Below are positions 45,628-53,128 of a DNA stretch of 53,128 nucleotides, piece by piece (positions within the stretch are counted from its first letter, which is position 1; the number at the start of each line of letters is the position of its first letter). The notes under the pieces are model-generated. The model did not search any database, had not been told where the DNA came from, and saw only the letters and a list, made by a program, of their open reading frames with translations. The position numbers were made by a program, and so were the translations under genes. Source of the stretch: Pseudomonadota bacterium (GTDB lineage Bacteria; Pseudomonadota; Gammaproteobacteria; Burkholderiales; JABEVD01); NCBI GenBank assembly GCA_021845885.1, contig JAJZVB010000002.1, forward strand, positions 1 through 53,128, written 5' to 3'.

Positions 45628-47376
45628 ATGGTCCTCCCTGAAATTCGAACCCGGCATGTCTTTTTTACCGGAAAAGGCGGGGTGGGCAAGACCTCGCTTT
45701 CCTGCGCGACAGGGCTTGCGCTTGCCGAAGCGGGAAAGCGGGTATTGATCGTCAGCACGGATCCGGCATCGAATCTCGACGAAGTGCTCGGGGCGGATTT
45801 GAATCAAATGCCCAAAGCGGTTCCGGGGACCGAAAGCCTTTTCGCCCTCAACATTGATCCCAGTGTTGCCGCCCATGCCTATCGGGAGCGTATGGTGGCC
45901 CCTTATCGGGGCATTCTTCCGGATGCGGCCATTCTGAGCATGGAAGAGCAGTTTTCCGGAGCCTGCACGGTGGAAATCGCGGCTTTCGACGAATTTTCGA
46001 AGCTGCTGGGCGATCCGAAGGCGACAGAAAATTTCGACCATGTAATCTTTGATACGGCTCCCACCGGGCACACGCTGCGCCTTTTGACCCTGCCATCGGC
46101 ATGGGACGGGTTCATCTCCTCCTCGACAGGAGGGGCCTCCTGTCTTGGGCCTTTGGCGGGGTTGGAGAAGCAGAAGGCGTTGTATGCGGCAACGGTCGAA
46201 CGCCTTTCCGATCCGGACGCGACGACGATGGTGCTGGTCAGCAGGCCGGAAACCGCTTCGCTTCGCGAGGCTGAGCGCACGAGAGCCGAGCTTGCCGAAT
46301 TGGGATTGCGCAACATCCGCCTTGCGATCAACGGCCTGTTCAAGGCGGAAAAGCCCGGAGACGAGATCGCCGATGCGATGAGCAAGCGGGCTGTCGAGGC
46401 GTTGGCGAACATGCCTGAAACCCTGATGAGCCTTCCTGCAACGACAACGTCCTTTCTCCCTGGAGGAACGGTCGGGCTAAACGCTCTTCGCTTCTTTTCA
46501 AGTCCTCAAGGGGCTGCGATGGCCATACCGGCCAAGCCCTTGCCCGATATGGTTTTGCCTGCAGGGCTGGGCGGGTTGATCGACGATTTTTCGCAGAATG
46601 GCCGCGGGCTCATCATGACCATGGGCAAGGGAGGGGTCGGCAAAACCACCCTGGCAGCGGCCATTGCCGTCGCGCTGGCCGAACGCGGACACAAGGTCAT
46701 CCTCACGACCACGGATCCCGCGGCTCATGTTGCCCATGCCGTGAGGGAAATCGTGCCTAACCTGACGGTGACCCGGATCGATCCCGATGCGGAAGTCGAC
46801 CAATATGCCGACGAAGTTTTGGGCAAGGCCGGGGAGCGATTGGATGCCGCGGCGCTTGCCCTGCTGGATGAAGATCTCCGTTCACCCTGTACCGAAGAGA
46901 TCGCCGTTTTCCGTGCATTTGCACGTACGGTCGATCAGGGCAAAGACGGTTTCGTGGTGCTCGATACGGCCCCGACCGGACATACCCTTTTGCTGCTGGA
47001 CGCTGCCGAAGCCTATCACCGCGAAGTGATGCGCACCCAGGGCGACATACCGGAAGCGGTAAGGGAATTGCTGCCGCGGCTGCGCGACAGGGCATACACG
47101 CGCGTGCTGATCGTGACTTTGCCCGAGTCCACCCCCGTCCATGAAGCCGAGCGGCTCCAGGAAGAACTCGCCCGGGCGGGCATCGAGCCTTATGCCTGGA
47201 TCATCAATCAATCCCTGCTGGCGAGCAATACGCGCGATCCGCTGCTTTGTGCCCGGGGCGGCTACGAGGCCCCCTATATCGAACATGTGCGGAAGAACCT
47301 GGCCGCCCGCATTGCACTCATTCCCTGGAGGGCGCTTTCCCCGGCCGGAAAAGAAGGGCTCTTGTCGATTTCCTAA
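45628..47376 (+). CDS. arsA: Arsenical pump-driving ATPase ArsA
   Basis: Two GKGGVGKT P-loops, two DTAPTGHT motifs, and Cys motifs GACT, SCLGP and SPCTEE. Confidence 0.98.
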   Translation: MVLPEIRTRHVFFTGKGGVGKTSLSCATGLALAEAGKRVLIVSTDPASNLDEVLGADLNQMPKAVPGTESLFALNIDPSVAAHAYRERMVAPYRGILPDAAILSMEEQFSGACTVEIAAFDEFSKLLGDPKATENFDHVIFDTAPTGHTLRLLTLPSAWDGFISSSTGGASCLGPLAGLEKQKALYAATVERLSDPDATTMVLVSRPETASLREAERTRAELAELGLRNIRLAINGLFKAEKPGDEIADAMSKRAVEALANMPETLMSLPATTTSFLPGGTVGLNALRFFSSPQGAAMAIPAKPLPDMVLPAGLGGLIDDFSQNGRGLIMTMGKGGVGKTTLAAAIAVALAERGHKVILTTTDPAAHVAHAVREIVPNLTVTRIDPDAEVDQYADEVLGKAGERLDAAALALLDEDLRSPCTEEIAVFRAFARTVDQGKDGFVVLDTAPTGHTLLLLDAAEAYHREVMRTQGDIPEAVRELLPRLRDRAYTRVLIVTLPESTPVHEAERLQEELARAGIEPYAWIINQSLLASNTRDPLLCARGGYEAPYIEHVRKNLAARIALIPWRALSPAGKEGLLSIS

Positions 47377-47416
47377 AGATATTCCAGTCCGGGTTGGCGG
47401 GCAATCCGAACGCCGC

Positions 47417-48547
47417 TTAATCGAGCGATTTGCGAAAGCGCAGCACGCTTACGGTCAGCATGACCAAAGCAAGCAGCGCCATCGCGGCAAGGTCGGGCCA
47501 AAGCACTTCAAACCCCACCCCTTTGAGGAAAACGGCCCGAATGACCACCAGGAAATAGCGCAAGGGGTTGATCACCGTGAACCACTGGAGGAGCTTCGGC
47601 ATGGCCGCAATGGGGAATGCGAAACCGGAGAGAATGAACAATGGATTGACGAAAAAGAAATTGAGCGCGAATGCCTGTTGCTGGGTTCGCGAGAAAGTCG
47701 ACAGCAGCAGTCCTATGCCGAGCGCCGCCAGCAGGAAAAGCGATGCGCCGAGCAGCATGATCCAAGGGTTTCCGATGAAGGAAATGTGGAACCAGAAAAT
47801 GCCGAATGCGCTGACCAGAGCGATATCGCCGAGACCGATCAGGAAAAATGGCACAGTCTTGCCGAGAATGAATTCGACGGGCCGAATCGGACTGACCATG
47901 ATCTGTTCAAGCGTGCCGACTTCACGCTCGCGCACAATGGCGAATGCAGTGAGACTGACCACCTGCAACAGGGTCAGCGTGCCGATCACGCCGGGAATAA
48001 AGAACCAGCGATCATCGAGCCCTTCGTTGAACCATGGACGTGCCTGAAGCGAAATTCCAATTTCCGGGACTGCCGTGTCCGCGCGAAAATTGGCAGCGCG
48101 GCTCGATTGATCTTCGGAAAACTGGGCGACGATCTGGCTGAGATAGCCGAGTGCGATCAGGGCCGTATTCGAGTTCGTTCCGTCCACGATCACCTGTAGC
48201 GGTGCGCTCTGACCGTTCCCCAAAGTCCGACCGAAACCGGCGTGGATGACGATGGCGATCGTGGCCGTACTCTGGTCGATGTCGCGGGTGATGTCGTCCC
48301 GGTTTTGGGTGACGTCGACGACGTTGAAACGTGAAGTGGCCACGAAATGCGATATCAGGCTGCGGCTAGCCTGGCTCTGGTCGAGATCCAGAATCGAGGT
48401 TGCAACGTGATGCACCGTGAACGTGGCTGCATAGCCGAAAACGAGCATCTGGATGATCAGGGGGACGATGAGGCGAAACATGGCCCAGCGATCGCGCTTC
48501 AACTCGAGAAACTCCTTCATCAGCATCACGGATAGGCGTTCGAACAT
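47417..48547 (-). CDS. ABC-2 type permease (YbhR-like)
   Basis: KEFLELKRDR, IVREREVGTLEQIMVSP, LSGFAFPI and NPLRYF. Confidence 0.9.
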   Translation of the reverse strand: MFERLSVMLMKEFLELKRDRWAMFRLIVPLIIQMLVFGYAATFTVHHVATSILDLDQSQASRSLISHFVATSRFNVVDVTQNRDDITRDIDQSTATIAIVIHAGFGRTLGNGQSAPLQVIVDGTNSNTALIALGYLSQIVAQFSEDQSSRAANFRADTAVPEIGISLQARPWFNEGLDDRWFFIPGVIGTLTLLQVVSLTAFAIVREREVGTLEQIMVSPIRPVEFILGKTVPFFLIGLGDIALVSAFGIFWFHISFIGNPWIMLLGASLFLLAALGIGLLLSTFSRTQQQAFALNFFFVNPLFILSGFAFPIAAMPKLLQWFTVINPLRYFLVVIRAVFLKGVGFEVLWPDLAAMALLALVMLTVSVLRFRKSLD

Positions 48548-48551
48548 GAGT

Positions 48552-49688
48552 CTAGTCCAGACGCTTGCGAAAAGCCCGTGCGGCGAGCCAGAGGATGATA
48601 ACCGCATAGCAGGAAAGACCGGCAAGCGGCATCCATAAATCGGAGAGCCCGCTTCCCTTGAGGAAGATCGCTCTCAGAATGGTCACGAAATACCTTGGGT
48701 AGACGATGAGCGAAATCGCCTGGATGGGTGCCGGCATCTGATCAATCGGAAAGGTATAACCGGAGAGCAGGGTCGTCGGCAGCATGGTCACGAGAAGGGC
48801 GATTTGGCTTGCTCCAAGCTGGCTGCGGATTCGTACGGAAATGAGATAGCCGATGCCCAGGACTACGACATTGAAGAGGGTGGTGGTGACGAAAAGCGTA
48901 ACGATGCTTCCCCGGAAAGGAATCCCGAACCAGGCGACGGCGCTGATCAGGCAGAACCCGGCATCGATCAGGCCGATTGCAAAATAGGGGAGGAGCTTGC
49001 CGAACATGACTTCGAGAGCGCTCACCGGGGTCGAGATCAATTGCTCCATGGTTCCCCGTTCCCATTCGCGGGATATGGTCAGCGAGGTCAATTGGGCACC
49101 GACGAGCGCGAGGATGACCGCGACCACGCCCGGAATGATGAAGTTGCGGCTATCCAGGGTTTCATTGAACCAGGTGCCGGGCTCGAGATCGATCTGACCG
49201 ACCGGGGATGGATGAACGCCATGGGAAGCATTCCAGTCTGCCGCAATTTGCGCATTGGCCTGCGCCACCACGCCCTGAGCATAGCCCAGCGCGATATTGG
49301 TTGTGTTGACGTCGGTTGCATCGAAAACGGCCTGCATATTCGCGCTCCCTGTCGTTGCAAGCTGGCGGGAGAAATCGGCCGGGATAACGAGAGCGGCGAC
49401 ACACTCGCCGCGGTCCATGGCATGGCGGATGTCGGACTGGCGGTCCAGTGTTTGGCTGATCGAGAACCAGCCGGAAGAGATGAACTGATCGACAATGGCG
49501 CGGCTCTGCTGGCTGTTTTCCTGGTCATAGACGCATAATGGCACATGCCTGATGTCGAGGCTGACGCCGTAACCCAGCATGGCCATTTGCATCAGCGGCA
49601 TCAGCAGGGCAATGGCGAGGCTGCGCGGATCACGCCGGATTTGCAGCATCTCCTTGTAGGCCATGGCAAGAAGCCGCCGGATATTCAC
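48552..49688 (-). CDS. ABC-2 type permease (YbhS-like)
   Basis: KEMLQIRRDPRS, SREWERGTMEQLISTP and LSGYTFPIDQMP. GTG start. Confidence 0.9.
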   Translation of the reverse strand: MNIRRLLAMAYKEMLQIRRDPRSLAIALLMPLMQMAMLGYGVSLDIRHVPLCVYDQENSQQSRAIVDQFISSGWFSISQTLDRQSDIRHAMDRGECVAALVIPADFSRQLATTGSANMQAVFDATDVNTTNIALGYAQGVVAQANAQIAADWNASHGVHPSPVGQIDLEPGTWFNETLDSRNFIIPGVVAVILALVGAQLTSLTISREWERGTMEQLISTPVSALEVMFGKLLPYFAIGLIDAGFCLISAVAWFGIPFRGSIVTLFVTTTLFNVVVLGIGYLISVRIRSQLGASQIALLVTMLPTTLLSGYTFPIDQMPAPIQAISLIVYPRYFVTILRAIFLKGSGLSDLWMPLAGLSCYAVIILWLAARAFRKRLD

Positions 49689-50638
49689 GGTATCATCCTT
49701 TCCTCAGGGCTGCCGGAAACGAGTTGGACAAAGACATCCTCGAGGCTCGGGGGGACGCTGCGCACTTGATCGACTTCGATGCCATGCTCGCCGAGAAACC
49801 CTGGAAGATCGGCTGCATCCAGTCCTCCAGCGCCGAGCACGACATGGAGCCTGTCTCCGAAGATGGCTGCGTCGACCACGCCGGGCGCATCGCTGAGGGC
49901 CTTCATGGCAGCGCCCAAAGGCGCGCAGCCGACTTCGAAGAGCTCGCCGCCGAGTTGATGCGCGCGCAGTTCGCTCGGCGTTCCGATGGCAATAAGTTTG
50001 CCGCGATCAATGAGGGCGATACGATTACAGTATTCCGCTTCGTCCATGTAATGGGTCGAAACCAGGATGGTGACGCCGTCCGCCGCGAACTCGTGGATGA
50101 GATCCCAGAAGCGCCGCCTGGCTTCGGGTTCGACCCCCGAGGTGGGCTCGTCGAGAAAAAGGATGGGGGGGCGGTGGAGAATTGCGCATCCGAGGGCGAG
50201 GCGCTGTTTCCAGCCTCCCGCCAGCGTGCGCACCAGCCTATCCTCCCGGCCTTCGAGCCCGGCCATGGAAATGGCGAATTTCATGCGCTCATCGATTTCG
50301 CGACGGGCAACGCGGTAGATGCCGCCGAAAAACCGGAGATTTTCACGAACGGTCAGATCGCCATAGAGCGAAAATTTTTGCGACATGTAGCCGATATGCT
50401 CCCGCACGGCTTCGGCCTCGCTGCTCACATCGAAGCCGGCCACTTGGGCACTTCCTTCGCTTGGACGGAGCAGCCCGCACAACATGCGGATCGTGGTCGA
50501 TTTTCCGGCGCCGTTCGGGCCGATAAAGCCGACGATTTCGCCTTTTGCGATGCTCAAATCCAGATGGTCTACGGCAGTGAAGGACTGGAACTTCTTGGTT
50601 AATGCCTGTGCAAGGATCGCGGGTGCATCGGCGCTCAT
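49685..50638 (-). CDS. ABC transporter ATP-binding protein (YbhF C-terminal-half-like)
   Basis: GPNGAGKST, YMSQKFSLY, LAGGWKQR, LDEPTSG and STHYMDEAE. Confidence 0.92.
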   Translation of the reverse strand: MSADAPAILAQALTKKFQSFTAVDHLDLSIAKGEIVGFIGPNGAGKSTTIRMLCGLLRPSEGSAQVAGFDVSSEAEAVREHIGYMSQKFSLYGDLTVRENLRFFGGIYRVARREIDERMKFAISMAGLEGREDRLVRTLAGGWKQRLALGCAILHRPPILFLDEPTSGVEPEARRRFWDLIHEFAADGVTILVSTHYMDEAEYCNRIALIDRGKLIAIGTPSELRAHQLGGELFEVGCAPLGAAMKALSDAPGVVDAAIFGDRLHVVLGAGGLDAADLPGFLGEHGIEVDQVRSVPPSLEDVFVQLVSGSPEERMIP

Positions 50639-51573
50639 GCTGTTCCCTCCTGTCCGACCAGTGCGACAAAAACATCCTCGATGCCGGGTTCGGCCGGTTT
50701 GATTTCCATCTCGCCAGCGCCTTGTCCGGCGAGCAGGGATTTCAGCTGGGGGATCCGGCGCTCGGGGTTGTCGACTCGCACGTGCACGCGGTCGCCCATG
50801 AGCAGGACGCCGAGTACTCCCGGCTGGCCTGAAATGATGTCGCGCAAGGAACGCGGATCGGAGGCGTATATGGCGAGCAAAGCGCCCGGCATGGCCTGTT
50901 TGAGACGTGCGGGCGTATCGCAATGTCGGATTGCTCCGGCATGCAGCAGCGCGAGCCTGGAACAGCGCTCCGCTTCATCCATGTAGGCGGTGGAGATGAA
51001 GATGGTGACGCCATTCTCGCGCAGGTTGTAGAGTATCGCCCAGAAGTCGCGGCGGGAGACGGGATCGACCCCGGTCGTCGGCTCATCGAGGAGAAGCACA
51101 CGGGGAGTATGGATAAGCGCGCAGACGAGGCCGAGCTTCTGCTTCATGCCGCCGGAGAGCTGTCCCGCCAATCGGCGCTGGAAGGGCAGAAGCCCGGCTG
51201 CCTCCAACAGCTCGCGGCCGCGCGTTATGCGTGCATCACGCGATACGCTGAAAAGTTCGCCATAGAAGAATATGTTTTCCGCGACAGTCAGATCTTCGTA
51301 AAGCCCGAAACGTTGCGGCATGTAGCTGATGCGCAGCTTGGCCCGCTCGGCCTCTGCGACAACGTCCACGCCATCGACAGCGATCTCTCCTGCATCAGGG
51401 CGCAGCACGCCGGCAAGCATCCGCATGATGGTGGTTTTGCCTGCCCCATCAGGACCCACCAGGCCGAAGATTTCCCCCCGAGAGACCGCGAAACTGGCTT
51501 CCTGTACCGCCCGCACGGCCCCGAAGCTTTTGGTAAGCCGCTGCGCATGAATGGCGATATCATTCGTCGTCAT
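50635..51573 (-). CDS. ABC transporter ATP-binding protein (YbhF N-terminal-half-like)
   Basis: GPDGAGKTT, YMPQRFGLYEDL, LSGGMKQK, LDEPTTG and STAYMDEAE. Confidence 0.92.
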   Translation of the reverse strand: MTTNDIAIHAQRLTKSFGAVRAVQEASFAVSRGEIFGLVGPDGAGKTTIMRMLAGVLRPDAGEIAVDGVDVVAEAERAKLRISYMPQRFGLYEDLTVAENIFFYGELFSVSRDARITRGRELLEAAGLLPFQRRLAGQLSGGMKQKLGLVCALIHTPRVLLLDEPTTGVDPVSRRDFWAILYNLRENGVTIFISTAYMDEAERCSRLALLHAGAIRHCDTPARLKQAMPGALLAIYASDPRSLRDIISGQPGVLGVLLMGDRVHVRVDNPERRIPQLKSLLAGQGAGEMEIKPAEPGIEDVFVALVGQEGTA

Positions 51574-52565
51574 TTTCCCGATTTCAGCAATGCGATGGTC
51601 GCGTTTGCCGGCATCCCTGGAAGCAGTTCATGCGTCGGGTTGTCGATGTCGATACGGACTCGATAGACAAGCGTCACCCGCTCGGCGTGAGTCTCAACCG
51701 TTTTGGGAGTGAATTCGGCCTGGGAAGCAATGAAGCCGATCCGGCCGGGGTATATCTTCCCGGGATAAGTGTCGGTGGAGACCCTGACCTTCTCGCCAAG
51801 GCGAACCTGCCCCAGATTTTGCTCGTTCACATAGGCGCGAAGCCAGACATGATCCAGGTCGTCGAGGGTGAAAATGGCAACCCCGGGCGCAGCCAGCTCG
51901 CCCAGTTCGGCCTCGCGCACTGCAAGCACCCCGCTGAAAGGGGCGCGCAACGTCGTGTAGGACAAAGTGATCTGGTCGAGTCTTAACTTGGCTTCGGCCG
52001 TGGCAATGTTGGCACGGGCAAGGAGGACATTGTTGCGAGCGACGGAGACCAGTGCCTGGTCGTGAGCGAGCGTGGCATCTGCCTGAGCGGCGGCGGTAAA
52101 GGCCAGATCGCGGGCCTGATGGGAAACAGCCCCGATTTTTTCCTGGGCCCCGGCCAGGGCGTCATCCCGTTTCTTCTCCGCAAAATCGAAACGATCGCTG
52201 AGTACCGTTTTCCGGGCCGCAGCAAGGTTGCTCTGGTTCACGGCGACTTGCTTGAGCGCTGCCAGAAGATTGGTACGATCGATTTCCAGCTGCTGCCGAT
52301 AGAATCGATCATCGACCCGTGCCAGAACGGTTCCAGCCTCGACATATTTGCCTTCGTCGAAGGGAAGATAGACGATCGGCGCCTGGACCTCGGTGAAGTT
52401 CAGCACGCTCTGATGGGCCTCGATATTCCCGGATACCACGATATTCCGCAATTCGGCTGGGAAGCCGAACAAAACCCGCTTGGCAGGCGTCCAAAGCAGG
52501 ATGGCAGCTGTAACCAGGATGAGGATAATGAGTGCGGCTATGCCCAAACGCGCACGGGATGACAT
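51570..52565 (-). CDS. HlyD family membrane fusion protein (YbhG-like)
   Basis: N-terminal TM, VSGNIEA, LRAPFSG, AEFTPKTVET and LLPGMP. Confidence 0.9.
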   Translation of the reverse strand: MSSRARLGIAALIILILVTAAILLWTPAKRVLFGFPAELRNIVVSGNIEAHQSVLNFTEVQAPIVYLPFDEGKYVEAGTVLARVDDRFYRQQLEIDRTNLLAALKQVAVNQSNLAAARKTVLSDRFDFAEKKRDDALAGAQEKIGAVSHQARDLAFTAAAQADATLAHDQALVSVARNNVLLARANIATAEAKLRLDQITLSYTTLRAPFSGVLAVREAELGELAAPGVAIFTLDDLDHVWLRAYVNEQNLGQVRLGEKVRVSTDTYPGKIYPGRIGFIASQAEFTPKTVETHAERVTLVYRVRIDIDNPTHELLPGMPANATIALLKSGK

Positions 52566-52985
52566 GTCCGGCTGACTCACACTGCATTGTCCCCTGTCAG
52601 ATTGGATTACTTCGGCGCCCATGACTCCCTGTGTCACCCTTGCGATGTGCCCGGAAGTTGCTGGAGTGCCATGAAAATATTGTGGCATATACTCGGACGT
52701 TATGGTTATTTGTTACAAACCGTGAAGTCCGATTTGAGACGTGAACTTCAAAATGGCCAAGCGAGCGTGCTCTCAGGAAGGCTGGGCCGGGTCGTAGACC
52801 GTTTTCGGGCGCTGGAGAAGACCGAAGGAGACAACCGGGAAATCGCCCTGGCGACCGGCATCATCAGGCTGCGCTAGGTTTTTGAATGCGTTTCGTTTTC
52901 CCTTTTGATGAGGGCGTATCCATTTGCGGATTCTTTGGTTTGGTTCAAAATGTCGGATAGATCGAACAAAATGCCTTGAGCCTTG

Positions 52986-53128
52986 ATGGAAATATGCAAA
53001 TTCGAAGCGGATTCCCCGCTGCTTGAGAAAGCGCTGAAACTGCGCCGCGAAGTCTTCGTGGTGGAGCAGGGGGTGCCGGTCGAGCTCGAGATCGACGAAT
53101 ACGACGAAAAGGCGGTCCATTTCGTGAC
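52986..53128 (+). CDS. GNAT family N-acetyltransferase (YjcF/ElaA-like), partial; runs off the right edge
   Basis: Manual translation MEICKFEADSPLLEKALKLRREVFVVEQGVPVELEIDEYDEKAVHFV contains the R..VFV.EQ.VP..LE.DE.D motif. Confidence 0.88.
   Translation, partial: MEICKFEADSPLLEKALKLRREVFVVEQGVPVELEIDEYDEKAVHFV

Larger units (their letters stand above)
41106..52900. mobile_element. Probable accessory region or decayed genomic island starting at the tRNA-Gly 3' end; right boundary uncertain
   Basis: Core synteny stops at tRNA-Gly and is followed by repeats, a pseudogene, PEP-CTERM, ars and efflux genes. No integrase and no attR were found. Confidence 0.45.

Noticed and set aside
52683-52698. 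TGGCATATACTCGGAC as a third sigma-54 promoter
   Set aside because: It lacks the GC at -12 (no GG-N10-GC spacing).

Overview
GC-rich chromosomal window, most likely from a betaproteobacterium (inferred from gene order and protein style). Left to right it contains: (1) a LysR-controlled pirin/DoxX/DODA-dioxygenase operon, a VOC gene, and tRNA-Ser(TGA) followed by a tRNA-linked repeat; (2) a divergent glycogen cluster, glgB-pgi-glgA and glgC-GH57-GH57-ROK kinase; (3) an NsrR-regulated truncated haemoglobin plus [2Fe-2S]/FAD/NAD reductase pair; (4) a cyanophycin locus with two cphA paralogues behind a sigma-54 promoter, divergent from an ABC exporter and a DUF1854-like gene; (5) the conserved core block nadB / rpoE-rseABC-degP-lepA-lepB-rnc-era-recO-pdxJ-acpS-nagZ-udg-tautomerase-uvrC-pgsA-tRNA-Gly; (6) an accessory region after tRNA-Gly with a frameshifted DUF1640-like gene, a sigma-54-driven PEP-CTERM protein, an arsR-arsC-arsC-acr3-arsD-arsA operon, a YbhGFSR-like efflux system and the start of a GNAT gene. 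The most striking signal is in the cyanophycin locus, where the two CphA paralogues have lost complementary catalytic motifs. Copy 1 keeps the N-domain Cx19HxxEH hydrolase motif but has lost ligase motifs; copy 2 keeps both ligase domains but lacks the hydrolase motif. No cyanophycinase is present in the window, and a dedicated exporter shares the promoter region. All calls come from reading the sequence and recognising motifs; no database searches were run.
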